A stretch of 64,000 nucleotides of DNA from a virus, in IMG/VR virus record IMGVR_UViG_3300032242_000738, positions 20,220 through 84,219 of that record. The stretch is one strand, 5' to 3'. Under the pieces are notes generated by a model. That model was given only the letters and a program-made list of their open reading frames with translations, did no database searches and was not told the DNA's origin. The position numbers and the translations under genes were made by a program. This document shows, piece by piece, positions 20,148 to 33,200 of the stretch (position 1 is its first letter; each line of letters opens with the position of its first letter).

Positions 20148-20786
20148 ATGGCAACAGCCTCACAATCATTGTTTAACATGACAGTAGCGTCAGATAACTC
20201 TGGCGGAAATCAGGGCTTGCTAATGCCCAAACTACAATATCGTTTTAGAGTTAATTTTCTAAACTTTGGAGTTAGTAATGCCACTAATGAATTAACTAAG
20301 CAAGTTATTGACGTAACACGCCCATCAGTTAGTTTTGGTGAAATTAACATACCAGTTTATAACTCTACTATGTATTTGGCAGGTAGACATGAATGGCAAC
20401 CACTAACGGTTAATGTTCGTGATGATGCATCCGGTAGTGTTTCAAAATTAGTTGGACAACAGTTACAGAAACAAATGGACTTTGTTGAACAAGCTTCAGC
20501 CGCAACAGGTCAAGATTATAAGTTTCAAACAAATATTGAAATACTAGACGGTGGTAACGGTACTGCTACTCCAGTTGTATTAGAAACATGGGAAGTATAT
20601 GGTTGCTTCTTGCAGGCAGCTAATTACAATAACCTAGCTTATAGTTCTAACGAAGTTGTAACAATACAATTATCAATTCGCTTTGACAATGCAATTCAAT
20701 CACCATTGAGTTCTGGAGTTGGTACAAGTGTTGGTCGTGCCTTAGGTGGTAAATCAACTACAGGTATTGGTTCTGGTCAAGCTTAA
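20148..20786 (+). CDS. tail tube protein (T4 gp19-like)
   Basis: Directly after sheath; PKLQYRFRV...RPSVSF...LAGRHEW...ILDG...ETW...IRFDNA. Confidence 0.85.
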   Translation: MATASQSLFNMTVASDNSGGNQGLLMPKLQYRFRVNFLNFGVSNATNELTKQVIDVTRPSVSFGEINIPVYNSTMYLAGRHEWQPLTVNVRDDASGSVSKLVGQQLQKQMDFVEQASAATGQDYKFQTNIEILDGGNGTATPVVLETWEVYGCFLQAANYNNLAYSSNEVVTIQLSIRFDNAIQSPLSSGVGTSVGRALGGKSTTGIGSGQA

Positions 20787-20804
20787 TATATTTTAATATA
20801 TTAA

Positions 20805-21992
20805 ATGTCTGGATTTTTTCAGAACTTATTAACAGACACTGCCGCGGGATTCTTCGGCAGTGAATACCTTCGTGATTATACTCATGCTAGTAAAACATTT
20901 AGACCTAATGCATATCAATATGCACCTAAGTTTAAGTTTCTGTTTCATGTATATTTTGAAATCAATCAAAGTGCATATGCTGTGGGATTACCACAAGGTG
21001 CAAATTTTGGTCTAGCAGTTAAATCTGTAAAATTACCAAGCTATAGTTTTGATACACATACGATGAATCAATATAATCGTAAACGTATCGTGCAAACAAA
21101 AATAAAATATGATCCAATTGATATTAATTTCCATGATGACAATGGAAATTTAATACGTAACATGTGGTATAACTACTATACATATTACTATAAAGATGCA
21201 AGTATTCCAGTAGCATCAGTATCAGGCCGTCAAGCACAACAAACAGGTAATGGTAGTACAAATAGTCCCAATAATGCAAACTATAACCTACGCAACATAT
21301 ATTCACAATCTATTACCGGTGACACAGATTGGGGCTATATAGGTGAAACATCAAGTACGCCTGCAACTAACATACAAGCAGGTAATGGACAAACCAAAAT
21401 TCCATTCTTTAAAAATGTTACAATATTTGGTTTCAATCAACATAAGTATGTAGCTTATACATTAATTAATCCTATCATTAATAGATTTGCACATGATACA
21501 TACAATTATGCCGAAGGTAATGGTACTATGGAAAATACAATGACGTTGGATTATGAAACTGTTAAGTATTTCCAAGGTGCTATTAGTGGCAAAGAACCTA
21601 GTAACATTGTTGCTGGTTTTGGTCTAGATCAAAATTATGATAGAATAGTTAGTCCTATTAGTAGACCGGGTAGTCAGGCTAGTATATTAGGTCAAGGCGG
21701 ACTAGTTGACGGTGTTAATGGTGTCATTGATGATTTATCAGGATCTAATAAAAATATATTAGGTGCTATACAAAAAGCTGGTGCAACATATAATACTCTT
21801 AAAAATATCAATTTAAAACAAGCAATTAAGAGTGAAGTAACTGCAGGTATTACTAATGCTATTATGAATCCATTAAATAATACTGGAAGAAATGTATTGT
21901 TTAATTTACCTATATTTGGTAGTACCCCGAATCAAGCAGCACAAGCAAATGGTAGAAACGTACTTCCTCCGGATATAAATATAGGGGGATAA
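20805..21992 (+). CDS. tail-tube-related baseplate/tube initiator protein (gp48/gp54-like)
   Basis: Tube-fold motifs VKSVKLPSY...NQYNRK...YDPIDINFHDD...LDYE. Confidence 0.6.
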   Translation: MSGFFQNLLTDTAAGFFGSEYLRDYTHASKTFRPNAYQYAPKFKFLFHVYFEINQSAYAVGLPQGANFGLAVKSVKLPSYSFDTHTMNQYNRKRIVQTKIKYDPIDINFHDDNGNLIRNMWYNYYTYYYKDASIPVASVSGRQAQQTGNGSTNSPNNANYNLRNIYSQSITGDTDWGYIGETSSTPATNIQAGNGQTKIPFFKNVTIFGFNQHKYVAYTLINPIINRFAHDTYNYAEGNGTMENTMTLDYETVKYFQGAISGKEPSNIVAGFGLDQNYDRIVSPISRPGSQASILGQGGLVDGVNGVIDDLSGSNKNILGAIQKAGATYNTLKNINLKQAIKSEVTAGITNAIMNPLNNTGRNVLFNLPIFGSTPNQAAQANGRNVLPPDINIGG

Positions 21993-21995
21993 ATT

Positions 21996-22358
21996 ATGGC
22001 AAGAATTATAGACGAAAGAACATCAACTGATTTAACAGTTAAAATATTTGACGATTTCTACGCATTTAACATGGTAGTAAATAGCAATGAATTTGACATT
22101 GTTAATGGATATTTTAATTCTGTATGTGATACTAAAGCTATTGCGGGAAACTTTACAACGTTTTTATTTAGAATATCACAAGAAACAGGAATACCTGTAT
22201 TAGATTTGTTAGGACAAATTCAAGGTACAGGTAGTAAGTTGCAAATGAATCAAATCATAACATACTATCTAAACAGTTTTAAATCTAAAACAAGTTTATA
22301 TGGTGTAAGTACTGTACCACAATCTAATCAACCTGTAGCACGTAATATCGTGCAATAA
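21996..22358 (+). CDS. hypothetical protein in tail operon
   Basis: 120-aa ORF, closely packed in operon. Confidence 0.6.
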   Translation: MARIIDERTSTDLTVKIFDDFYAFNMVVNSNEFDIVNGYFNSVCDTKAIAGNFTTFLFRISQETGIPVLDLLGQIQGTGSKLQMNQIITYYLNSFKSKTSLYGVSTVPQSNQPVARNIVQ

Positions 22359-22360
22359 TC

Positions 22361-22798
22361 ATGGCTAAGTTTGCTCAAGGTACATTTGTCCCCAAAAATA
22401 CTCAAAAATATGTAGGTAAACATACCCCAAGATATCGTAGTGGATGGGAACTAACATTTATGATGTTCCTGGATTCTAATTCAAACATAATTCAATGGGC
22501 AAGTGAATCTATTAGAATTCCATATAGAAATCCCTTAACCGGAAAAGCTAGCATATATGTCCCGGATTTTTTAGTTTTATATGAAAATAAGTATAAGAAG
22601 CAAATAGCTGAACTTGTTGAAATCAAACCAAAAAAACAATCACTAATTGAAAGTAAAACAGCTAGTGCTAGAGACCAAGCTATTGTAGCAGTTAATCACG
22701 CTAAATGGGCATCCGCACGTGCATGGTGTTCTCAGAACGGTTTAACTTTTAGAGTAATTAATGAAAATGATCTTTTCTATAATGGGCGAAGCAAGTAA
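22361..22798 (+). CDS. head completion nuclease, T4 gp4-like (TnsA-type)
   Basis: YRSGWE..FM..LD...WASE...IPY.NP...YVPDF...EIKP...N.AKW. Confidence 0.85.
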   Translation: MAKFAQGTFVPKNTQKYVGKHTPRYRSGWELTFMMFLDSNSNIIQWASESIRIPYRNPLTGKASIYVPDFLVLYENKYKKQIAELVEIKPKKQSLIESKTASARDQAIVAVNHAKWASARAWCSQNGLTFRVINENDLFYNGRSK

Positions 22799-22810
22799 CT
22801 AAATACTTGT

Positions 22811-23296
22811 ATGACAAAAAAATTAACCGAATTGTTTGAGCTACCACAAGATGAGATTGACAGCTTGCATGTTCCTATTCCGGAAAATGCCAATGAAATA
22901 ACAAGTGATGCATTAAGTGCGTTAGAAAAGATTGACCAAGCATTGCCACAAGTACGTGGATTAGATGCAAGTGATAGTGAGTTAGATGAATTAGCACAGA
23001 TGGCTGTAGATAGTTTTAAGGATCTAAGTGATTTGGGTATGCAAGTTGATAGTAGATTTAGTAGTGAGATTTTTAGTGTTGCTAGTAATATGTTAGGACA
23101 TGCTATTACAGCAAAGACTGCTAAATTAAATAAGAAGTTAAAGATGATTGATTTACAGCTTAAGAAAGCACAATTAGACCAGAAATTATCTAGTAAAGCA
23201 GAAGAAATAGAGAACACACCAGTTGGTGAAGGTAAAGCATTAGACCGTAATGAATTATTGAAGATGTTGGCTAATAAAGAACCGTCTGATAAATAA
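22811..23296 (+). CDS. probable terminase small subunit (gp16-like)
   Basis: Helical protein with SRFSSEIFSVA...KLKMIDLQLKK...DRNELLKML pattern; size and context fit. Confidence 0.45.
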   Translation: MTKKLTELFELPQDEIDSLHVPIPENANEITSDALSALEKIDQALPQVRGLDASDSELDELAQMAVDSFKDLSDLGMQVDSRFSSEIFSVASNMLGHAITAKTAKLNKKLKMIDLQLKKAQLDQKLSSKAEEIENTPVGEGKALDRNELLKMLANKEPSDK

Positions 23297-23314
23297 TAGT
23301 ATAGGAATAAAGAT

Positions 23315-24286
23315 ATGTCAGTAACATTTAGTGGAGCATTTACATTTGGTGGTGGTGGATTTACTGCTACTTTGGCACCACCCTCAACACCCACAGCAGG
23401 TTGGTTTAGTACAGGTGCATATCTATCAACCGTAGATAGAATGATATTTGCAACTGACACCGCAGCAGTATCTGTTCGTGGACCAATTAGTGTAGTTAAA
23501 AATGGCGCAGCCGCATTTGGCTCAAATACTTATGGATATAATACTGCAGGATACAATAGCCCAGCAGGTGTAATGTCATCAGTTGATAGAATAACATATG
23601 CGACAGACACAGCAACATCAAGTGTACGTGGTCCATTAGTAACAGCTAGATGGAGACATGGCACAACAAGTGACACTACAACATATGGTTGGGCTGCTAC
23701 AGGAGATAGTGTAAATTCATCAGTGGATCGTGTTACTTTTGCAGCCGACACTGCAACTGCTAGTGTACGCGGTCCATTAAGTTTGGCTAGATATGGATTA
23801 GGATCAACCGGGACAAATAGTTATGGATGGTTTATAGGTGGGCGATATGATAATCCAACTGCTGTAGTTGTTTCTACCATTGACCGCATTACATATGCAT
23901 CTGACACTGCAACTGCTAGTGTACGTGGACCATTAAACTCAGTTAGATATTATGGTGTGGGAGCAGTCACAGACTATAATACGTATGGCTGGTACGGTGG
24001 AGGTAACCCACTAGGCCCAGTCACGTCTGCAATTAGTCGTATTACTTATGCAAATGATACAGCAACTACTACTGTTAGAGGTTCATTATCAAACACCTAC
24101 CTACAAGGCGGTGCAACCGGAGCGAGCGATACAACATATGGTTGGTGGGGAGGTGGTAATGCAGGAGGATCACCGACGTCTATTATTACCCGTATTACAT
24201 TTGCAACTGATACTGATATTACAACTAATAGAACCGTGTTGTCATCAACTAGATATCAAATTGCAACAACTTCAGGTATCCAATAA
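23315..24286 (+). CDS. repeat (beta-propeller-like) virion accessory protein
   Basis: About six repeats of YGW..GG...S.VDRITYA.DTATASVRGPL. Confidence 0.7.
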   Translation: MSVTFSGAFTFGGGGFTATLAPPSTPTAGWFSTGAYLSTVDRMIFATDTAAVSVRGPISVVKNGAAAFGSNTYGYNTAGYNSPAGVMSSVDRITYATDTATSSVRGPLVTARWRHGTTSDTTTYGWAATGDSVNSSVDRVTFAADTATASVRGPLSLARYGLGSTGTNSYGWFIGGRYDNPTAVVVSTIDRITYASDTATASVRGPLNSVRYYGVGAVTDYNTYGWYGGGNPLGPVTSAISRITYANDTATTTVRGSLSNTYLQGGATGASDTTYGWWGGGNAGGSPTSIITRITFATDTDITTNRTVLSSTRYQIATTSGIQ

Positions 24287-24357
24287 CTCCCCAAGCATTT
24301 TACGAAATGCAAATAAAAATCATAAATAGATAAATATATATAAGAAAAAGGATACCT

Positions 24358-24987
24358 ATGCGTAGTCTAAAACAATACATAACCGAAAGTCTTAAAAGTT
24401 ACAATTATACTATAAAGATTGCTGGTGATGTGGATAAAAACTTCTTAGATATGTTTAAATACAATCTAAACAAGTTTGACCCGATCAGAATCAGCGAGCC
24501 AACTAAAACACCTATACAGAAAGATCCGTATGGATTTCCTAATTTAAATAATCAATCTGTAACTATTATTAAAGCTGATTTTAGATATCCAGCTACTGAG
24601 CCAATGATACAACAAATTGCTCAATTATTGGGCTATAATGTTAACATGGTTCGTGTTATTAGTAGCCATTATGATGATAGCATTAATAGTGAGGCTGAAG
24701 GCTATGCTAATGAAATGAAAGATAGTCCAATACTTACACATGAAGAAATGGGTGAGCAACCTGGTGCTAAAGAAGCTGCCAAACAATATGGTGATAGTTA
24801 TTTAACTAGTATTAAAGATCAAATGAAGGGTTCAACTATTGATATTCCTTATGCAGGTCAAAAGACTCCTGATGCGTTTGATCCATTCAAGCCATATTTG
24901 GATGATAAAAAAATGGGCGATAAGAGTCCAATGAGTACAATTAAACGCCCACCAAAGCCAGCAACTGGCGCTAGCGTATCAAAATAA
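24358..24987 (+). CDS. head-associated protein with MRSLKQYITE leader
   Basis: Late promoter at 24329; leader resembles T4 internal-protein capsid-targeting sequences. Confidence 0.55.
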   Translation: MRSLKQYITESLKSYNYTIKIAGDVDKNFLDMFKYNLNKFDPIRISEPTKTPIQKDPYGFPNLNNQSVTIIKADFRYPATEPMIQQIAQLLGYNVNMVRVISSHYDDSINSEAEGYANEMKDSPILTHEEMGEQPGAKEAAKQYGDSYLTSIKDQMKGSTIDIPYAGQKTPDAFDPFKPYLDDKKMGDKSPMSTIKRPPKPATGASVSK

Positions 24988-24999
24988 AAGGAACATAAA

Positions 25000-27177
25000 A
25001 TGGATTTCAAAAGTTTATTATCACAACTAGACCAGTTGAACGAAGCAAAAGAAAAAACTAAAACTGGATTAAAGCATACTGCTGAGCCAGGTGGTTACGG
25101 CCGTAAAGACGATGAAGATGACGAGGGTCATAAAGTTAAAGCCACTAGTGTCAAAAAAGGCAAGGGTCGTCCTAAGAAAGATGCAGATGATTCAGGTGAA
25201 ACTAAAAAGTATGACTTTAGTGCATTTGGTGTTAAGTCTGGTAAAGATGTTAAGTTACCTAAACATGATAAGAAGAAAACTACAGTAGTTAAAGGTAAAT
25301 CACAAAGCCATGCCTCTAATAAAGTAGATGACGGTACTGATCCAGGAGAAGAACCTAAAACAAAGAAAAAAGGTCTAAAAGAATATTTTGATTCATTGGA
25401 TAAAGCATTGAACGAAGCTGAACAGATTGTAATCAAACCAGCAAGTCAAATGCCTAAACAACCTGGACAAACATCAATGGGTCAGAAGCCAGCAGTTCCT
25501 GGTCAGCAACAACAAGTTGCAGGTCAGCCACAAAAAGATACACAAGTTATTGCTCAAGGTAATAAGACATTAGGTACAGTTGACAATCCACAATTAGCAC
25601 AACAGATTAAACAAAGTATCGGTAAAGGCGAAATGACTTTGATGCCTGATCAAATGCACGAAGAAATGGACGAAGATAGTAACTACAGTGCAAAAGACGC
25701 ACGTGCAGGTAAAGATATTGGTAAGCCAGGCAAATCATTTAGTAAAATTGCAAAATCTGCAGGTGAAAGATATGGTAGTAAAGCAGCCGGTCAACGTGTT
25801 GCAGGTGCAGTATTAGCTAAACTACGTAAAACAAATGAAGCCGATCAACCACCAAACGATAGTTTGTTAAGCCCAATGAGTGAAGTCAAGAAGCCAGATG
25901 CTAACAAGAATGGTATCCCTGACTATGCTGAAGATGGTAAGGGTAAAAACGATTTGAAGAAAAAGAAAGTTAAAGAAGGTATGGAACATAAATTAAAAGC
26001 AGCTCGCCATACGGGTAAGGCACATGCTTTAGCTAAAGAAAGTTATAACTGCCGTTATGATGATATGGAAGAAGCAAGACATTACCATGAAGGCTATAAA
26101 GAAGGTCTAGATGAATGCTATGGTCAAATGCCAATTCAAGGTTATGTTGGTGAAACTGGTAATGAATTAGGAAATATGGCTAGTTATGGTGCACATACTC
26201 CTACAATGGAAGATGATTTGGATGAAGTAAGCCGCGGTGAGTACATGAAGCAAAAAGCAAAAAGCACACCGGGCGATACATTTAAAGCATTTGGACAAAC
26301 TTTCCAAGACAAAGAAGTATTAGAAGATAATCCATTCTTTGAATCATTTGAAAAGCAATTAAATTCACTATTAGAAAGTGAAGAAGTTACTGAAGGTATG
26401 ACTGTTTCTATCAGTAAAGGTCAGCAAGGTAGTCCTGATTCAGTAAGTGTTTCAGCACAAGATGGTGAAGCCGATCAGTTGTTATCATTAATCAAATCTG
26501 CTGGTTTAGGATTATTTGGTGGTGATGAACAAGCAGTATCAACTGGTTCACAACCAATGAGTGTTGCAGTTGACGGTGAAACTACACCTGCTGATATAGA
26601 AGTTGTTGACGACCATGATGATATGTTATCATTGATCCGTAAGATGACTGGTCAAGGCCCTGCAGTAGCAGCCGGTGATTATGAAGAAGAAGGTGGTGAA
26701 CCAGCACATGGTCAACATGGACATGAAGAACATGAAGAACATGAAGAAAATTGCAATGAATGCGGTATGGCTTATGAGTCATGTGGTTGTGATGACAACG
26801 CAGTAGAAGAAAATGAGTCAATGGATCAACGTGAATATGAAGTAGCTGAAGCCGCCGTAGAGACTGATGCTGAAGCTGATGAAAATGCAGAGGCTGCAGA
26901 AGACCAAGCACTAGCTACAGTAGATGCCGCACAAGATGAAAGTCAAGTTGATGAAGAAGAAAAAGTAGAAGAATCATATGCTAATGGTGATGATGATACA
27001 TTTGAATCTGATATTGATTTTATGACTAATGTTATTAGTGGTGGTTTAAACAAGCGTAAATCTACTGGTCAGTCAACAATTCCAGTTGTATCTACACAAG
27101 TAAATCGTTTAGGTAGTCCAATGAAAGAATCTACAGATTTATTAACAGATTGGCGTAAACTAAGCGGTATTAAGTAA
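25000..27177 (+). CDS. large acidic/basic low-complexity prohead core-like protein
   Basis: Leader MDFKSLLSQLDQLNE; many hydrophobic-x-E sites; K-rich and E/D-rich blocks; C-terminal WRKLSGIK. Confidence 0.55.
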   Translation: MDFKSLLSQLDQLNEAKEKTKTGLKHTAEPGGYGRKDDEDDEGHKVKATSVKKGKGRPKKDADDSGETKKYDFSAFGVKSGKDVKLPKHDKKKTTVVKGKSQSHASNKVDDGTDPGEEPKTKKKGLKEYFDSLDKALNEAEQIVIKPASQMPKQPGQTSMGQKPAVPGQQQQVAGQPQKDTQVIAQGNKTLGTVDNPQLAQQIKQSIGKGEMTLMPDQMHEEMDEDSNYSAKDARAGKDIGKPGKSFSKIAKSAGERYGSKAAGQRVAGAVLAKLRKTNEADQPPNDSLLSPMSEVKKPDANKNGIPDYAEDGKGKNDLKKKKVKEGMEHKLKAARHTGKAHALAKESYNCRYDDMEEARHYHEGYKEGLDECYGQMPIQGYVGETGNELGNMASYGAHTPTMEDDLDEVSRGEYMKQKAKSTPGDTFKAFGQTFQDKEVLEDNPFFESFEKQLNSLLESEEVTEGMTVSISKGQQGSPDSVSVSAQDGEADQLLSLIKSAGLGLFGGDEQAVSTGSQPMSVAVDGETTPADIEVVDDHDDMLSLIRKMTGQGPAVAAGDYEEEGGEPAHGQHGHEEHEEHEENCNECGMAYESCGCDDNAVEENESMDQREYEVAEAAVETDAEADENAEAAEDQALATVDAAQDESQVDEEEKVEESYANGDDDTFESDIDFMTNVISGGLNKRKSTGQSTIPVVSTQVNRLGSPMKESTDLLTDWRKLSGIK

Positions 27178-27193
27178 TTAATACTATTCAAAG

Positions 27194-27221
27194 AATACCC
27201 GAGTTTATCGGGTATTTTTTT
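27194..27221 (+). terminator. intrinsic terminator
   Basis: AATACCCGA-GTTTA-TCGGGTATT followed by T-run. Confidence 0.85.
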
Positions 27222-27272
27222 GGTTATAGTGTTTATAGGAAAACGATAAATACTAAATAAGGTAATATAGTT

Positions 27273-30200
27273 ATGAGCCAACAAAATATAGATTTCGGTG
27301 CTTTTCCGGATGATCCTCAAGCAGATGCTATAAGAATAGCGTTTCAAAAAGTACAAAATAACTTTGACCAGTTATTTTCAACTGCATCCGTAGGCGTAGT
27401 TACATCAGTAAATCAAAATGCCGGTGCCGGCATACAAGTTAATACACCTACCGGTAACGTAATTGTTAGTGCTAATATTGCTTGTGTTCAAGTTGCTACT
27501 AGTTCATTAAGTATTGGTCAGGGTGGTAATGGTGGAACTTCTGCAACTATTACACAATCTAGTCAAACACTGGTAGTTGATATTAATCCAGCAAACGTAT
27601 TTTCAAACAATTTTGCGGCTGTGGGTGGCGGATTAGCCAATATAACAGGTACACTAACTGCATCCGCTTCAGCACAACCTAATATTACTACTGTAGGAAC
27701 ATTGGGTAATTTAGTAGTAACCGGTGATACTACTTCAGGTAATGTATATGCTAATTCAGGAACAGTAGTAGCAAGTATACTAACTGGAACACTAACCACA
27801 AACGCACAACCAAATATTACTAGTGTTGGTACATTAAGTAGTTTAACAGTTACAGGTACTATTACTAGTGGTAATGCTACTTTAGGTAACACAGCTAATG
27901 CTAATTATTTTGTTGGTGATGGTAGTCAATTAACTAATATTCGTGCTGATGGTGGTACATCAACTATATTATCTAACGGTACTAGTAATGTAAACATTCC
28001 AGTAGTTAGTAGCAATGTTACGATAGGTGTTAGTGGTACTGCTAACACAGTTGTTTTTACTACAACAGGTGTTAATGTAAGTGGATACTTAAATGCAAAT
28101 AGATTAATATCTACTGTTGCCACAGGTACAGCACCGTTAACAGTAACATCTACTACTCAAGTTGCAAACTTAAATGCAGCTACTGCAGGTCTTGCTACAT
28201 ACGCCACTACAGCAAATAGTGTAGCAGGTGCAAATGTTTCAGGAGCAGTACCTTATGCAACTACAGCAAATAGTGTTGCCGGTGCTAACGTAAGTGGTGC
28301 TGTTGGTAGTGCAACTAATGCATCTGCAGTATTAAATAGCACACAAACGACAGGAACATATTATCCTGCATTCGTTTCATCAACAGTAACCGGTAATTAT
28401 GCTTTAGCATCTAATACAGCATTTAGTGCTAACTTAGCTAATGGATCATTAACAGCAACAACTTTCATTGGTAATGTTCAGGGTAATGTAAATGGTAATA
28501 TTTCTGGTAACATTAATGTAAGTGGTAGCAATACACAGGTGTTGTTCAATGATTCAGGTAATGCTAACGCTACTGCAGGTTTTACATTTAACAAATCATC
28601 AAATCTAGTAACAATGGCTGGTAACTTAATTACAGCTAATGCTAATTTGGGTAATGCCGCATCAGCTAATTATTTTATTGGAAGCGGTAATAATTTAAGT
28701 AATATTCAAGGTGCTAACGTTTCTGGTGCTGTACCTTATGCAACAACAGCTAATAATGTAGCTGGTGCTAATGTAAGTGGTATTGTAGCTAATGCCACAT
28801 ATGCGACAAATGCCGGATCAGCAACGACAGCTGGTACAGTAACAACAGCCGCACAACCAAATATCACAAGTGTTGGTACACTATCTTCATTAATTGTTAG
28901 TGGCAATATTAATGCCGGCAATCTTAGTGCAAATAACTTTACAGTTAATAATGCTAATATATCAGGTCAATATATAACAACACTAACTACAGGTACTGCA
29001 CCATTAGTAGTATATTCAACTACACAAGTGGCTAACTTAAATGCAGCTACAGCAGGTCTTGCTACATATGCTACAACCGCAAACGCAGTAGCTGGCGCAA
29101 ATGTTTCAGGTGCAGTAGCTTATGCAACCACAGCTAATAGTGTGGCTGGTGCTAATGTCAGTGGTGCTGTTGCTAGTGCTACTAATGCATCTGCAGTATT
29201 GCAAAACACATCAACTGCTACTACAGCTTATCCTACATTCACTACATCATCTGCTAATGGTAACTCATCAATAGTAATTAATACTAGTATTAATGCTAAT
29301 TTATCTAATGGTGCATTAACTGCAACAACATTTATAGGTAACTTCCAAGGTAATATTTCTGGTAATATTAGTGTAGGTGGCAGTAATACACAAGTATTGT
29401 TTAATGATTCAGGTAATGCTAATGCTACTGCAGGATTTACATTTAATAAATCATCAAACCTTGTTACATTATCAGGTAATTTAATAGCAGCAAATGCTAA
29501 TTTAGGTAATGCCGCAACAGCTAATTACTTTATTGGTAACTTCTATGGTTTGGCTAATAACTCAACAACAGCAGGTACAGTAACCTCTAACGCACAACCA
29601 AATATCACTAGTTTGGGTACATTAAGTAGTTTATCAGTAACTGGCAATATATCATCAGGTAATGCTAGTTTAGGAAATAGTGTATCAGCTAATTACTTTG
29701 TTGGTTCAGGTAATAACTTAAGCAATATACAGGCTGCTAATATTACAGGAGCAATTCCATATGCTAATATCGCAAATAATGTAGCCGGCGCAAATGTCTC
29801 TGGACAAGTAGGTAATAGTTTAATTGCAAGTACAGTTTATACTAATGCACAGCCAAACATAACTAGTGTAGGTACACTAACTGGTTTAACTGTATCTGGG
29901 TCAACGAATTTGGGTAATGTAGGCAACGTTACAATTACTGGAGGTAGTGCAAACTATTTCTTAATGACAAATGGTTCTGGTGCATTAACTTGGACTAATG
30001 CCGCATTATCGCCTGTACCAGGTTCTAATACACAAGTTATCTTTAATGACGGTAGTGCGTACGGAGCAAATAGTAATTTAACATTTAATAAATCAACAGG
30101 AGCATTAAGTGCTACATTACTAACCGGTACATTAACAACAGCGGCTCAACCAAATGTTACAAGTGTTGGTACATTAACTTCATTGATTGTTAGTGGTAAT

Positions 30201-33200
30201 ATCAATGCAGGTAACGTTACTGGTGGTAATGTAGTTAGCGCAAATTATTTAACTGGTAACTTAACAACAGCGGCTCAACCTAATATAACAAGTGTTGGTA
30301 CATTAACAAGTTTAGGTGTTAATGGTACAGTGACCGCAGTGGCATTTACTGCTAATACAGGTGTGTTCACTGGTAATGGTGCTGGATTAACTAACTTAAA
30401 TGGTGCAAATGTATCTGGTTCTATTGCTAATGCAACATATGCACTAAGTGCAAATACAGCAAACACTGCAATTACTGTAACAGGTAATAGTCAACCAAAT
30501 ATAACTAGTGTTGGTACGTTAACTTCATTGATTGTTAGTGGTAATATTAATGCCGGCAATGTCAGTGGTGGTAATGCAGTATCAGCTAATTATCTTATAG
30601 GTAACTTATATGGTACAGCTAATTTAGCTACATATGCAACAACTGCTAATAGTGTTGCCGGTGCTAATGTCTCTGGTCAAGTGGCTAACAGTTTGGTTGC
30701 AGGCACAGTATATACAAATAGTCAGCCAAATATTACAAGTGTTGGCACATTAACTAGCTTAACAGTATCTGGTACAACTAATTTAGGTGCCGTAGGTAAT
30801 GTTACAATTACTGGTGGTACTAGTGGTTATTATTTACAGACAAATGGATCAGGCACACTAACTTGGGCAGCTATCCCAGTTGGTTCAGGTATAAGTAATG
30901 GTAATAGTAATGTAAATATTCCTAGTAGTAATGGTAATGTTAATATCAGTGCTGTGGGTAACGCCAATGTACTAATAGTTACAGGCACAGGGATTAATGT
31001 AGCTGGCACACTAAATGCTACAGGCAATGCAAACGTAGGTAATATAGGTGCTACTAATGGCGTATTTACTAATGTTAGTGGTAACGGATCAGCATTAAGT
31101 TCTATTACAGGTGCTAACGTAACTGGTACAGTCGCCAACGCAACAAATGCAACTAGTGCAACAAATGCGGCTGCGTTATTACAAAACACATCAAGTGCTA
31201 CAACAGTTTATCCAACATTCACTACTAGTAGTGCTAATGGAAACTCATCAGCAGTAATTAATACTAGCATCAGTGCTAATTTAGCCAATGGATCATTAAC
31301 TGCAACAACATTTATAGGTAATGTTTCAGGTAACATCTCTGGAAATATTGCAGTAAGTGGTAGTAATACACAAGTGTTGTTTAATGATTCTGGCAACGCT
31401 AATGCTACAGCAGGATTTACATTTAACAAATCATCAAACTTAGTAACAATGACAGGCAATTTAGTAACTGCTAATGCTAATTTAGGTAATGCCGCAACAG
31501 CTAATTACTTCATTGGTAACTTCTATGGAACTGCTAACTTAGCTACATATGCAACTACAGCTAATAGTGTCGCTGGTGCTAATGTCTCTGGTCAAGTGTC
31601 TAATAGTTTAGTTGCAGGTACTGTATATACGGCAGCTCAGCCAAATATTACGTCAGTTGGTACACTAAGTAGTTTAACTGTAACAGCTAACACAACTAGT
31701 GGTAACTTAGTAACCGGTGGAGTAATAACAGTTAGTGGTACAGGCGTAAGTTCTATTAACGGTAATTTGAACATGAACAGCAAATATGTTGTTTCTGTGT
31801 CTGATCCAGTTAATGCACAAGATGTTGCAACAAAGAACTATGTAGATGGTTTGGTAGCCACTGGATTAGCATATCATACAGCAGTAGTAGCAGCCACAAC
31901 TACTACATTAGCAATTACTACAGGTGGTACAGTAACATATAACAATGGTGCATCAGGTGTTGGTGCAAATCTTGTAACAACAGGTTCATTTAATCTAATT
32001 GATACTGCAAACGTACAGACGGTAGGTACTCGTATCTTAGTTAAAGATGAAGCCAACGGAGCTTGGAATGGTGTTTATACATGGGCTAATGCTACTACTA
32101 TTGTACGTTCAACTGATACCAATAGTTATGGTCCGGGTACAACTCAATTAAGCGAAAACGATTATTTCTTTGTAAGTAGTGGTAGTGTTAATAAAGGATC
32201 TGCTTGGGTTGTAACTACTGCAGGTACAATTACTTTTGGTACAACTAATATTATTTTTAGTCAGTTTAGTAGCTCACAGACTTATAATGCTGGTACTGGT
32301 TTAACACTAGCTAGTACAACATTTAGTATTAGCAATACGGCAGTAACGGCAGGTTCATATGGCAATGGTGATCGTGTTTCAACATTTACAGTAAATAATC
32401 AAGGTCAATTAACTGCCGCAAGTAATACTGCTATAACTGCTAATGCGGCTAACTTGACAGGTACTACTCTTGCTTCAAGTGTTGTAACATCAAGTTTAAC
32501 TACAGTAGGAAATGTAACAGCAGGTATCTGGAATAACAACATTGGTTTAAGTGCAACATTTGCCGCAGGACTGTCAGGTGCAAACTTAGCAAGCATCACT
32601 GGTGCTAACGTAACTGGACAAGTTGGTAACAGCTTAGTTGCAGGTACAGTATACACAAATGCACAACCTAATATTACAAGTGTTGGTACACTAACAAGTT
32701 TAGGTGTTAATGGTACTGTAACTGCTGTAGCATTTACTGCTAATACAGGAATATTTACAGGTAATGGTTCTGGATTAACTAACATTAATGGTGCTAACGT
32801 AACTGGCTCTGTATCAACTACTGTAAGTGCAACAAATGCATCTGCGTTATTACAAAATACATCAAGTGCTACAACGGTATATCCAACATTTACTACTAGT
32901 AGTGCAAATGGAAATTCACAAGCAGTATTCAATACTTCTATCAGTTCTAATTTAGCTAATGCATCTATTACTGCTACCACGTTTGTTGGTGCATTAAGTG
33001 GTACTGCTAGTTTAGCTACATATGCAACAACTGCTAATAGTGTTGCCGGCGCTAACGTAAGCGGTGCAGTAGCATACGCAACCACAGCTAATAGTGTAGC
33101 AGGTGCTAATGTCTCCGGGGCTGTCACATATGCAACAACTGCTAATAGCGTAGCAGGTGCTAATGTAAGCGGTACCGTAGCTAATGCAACATATGCAGTA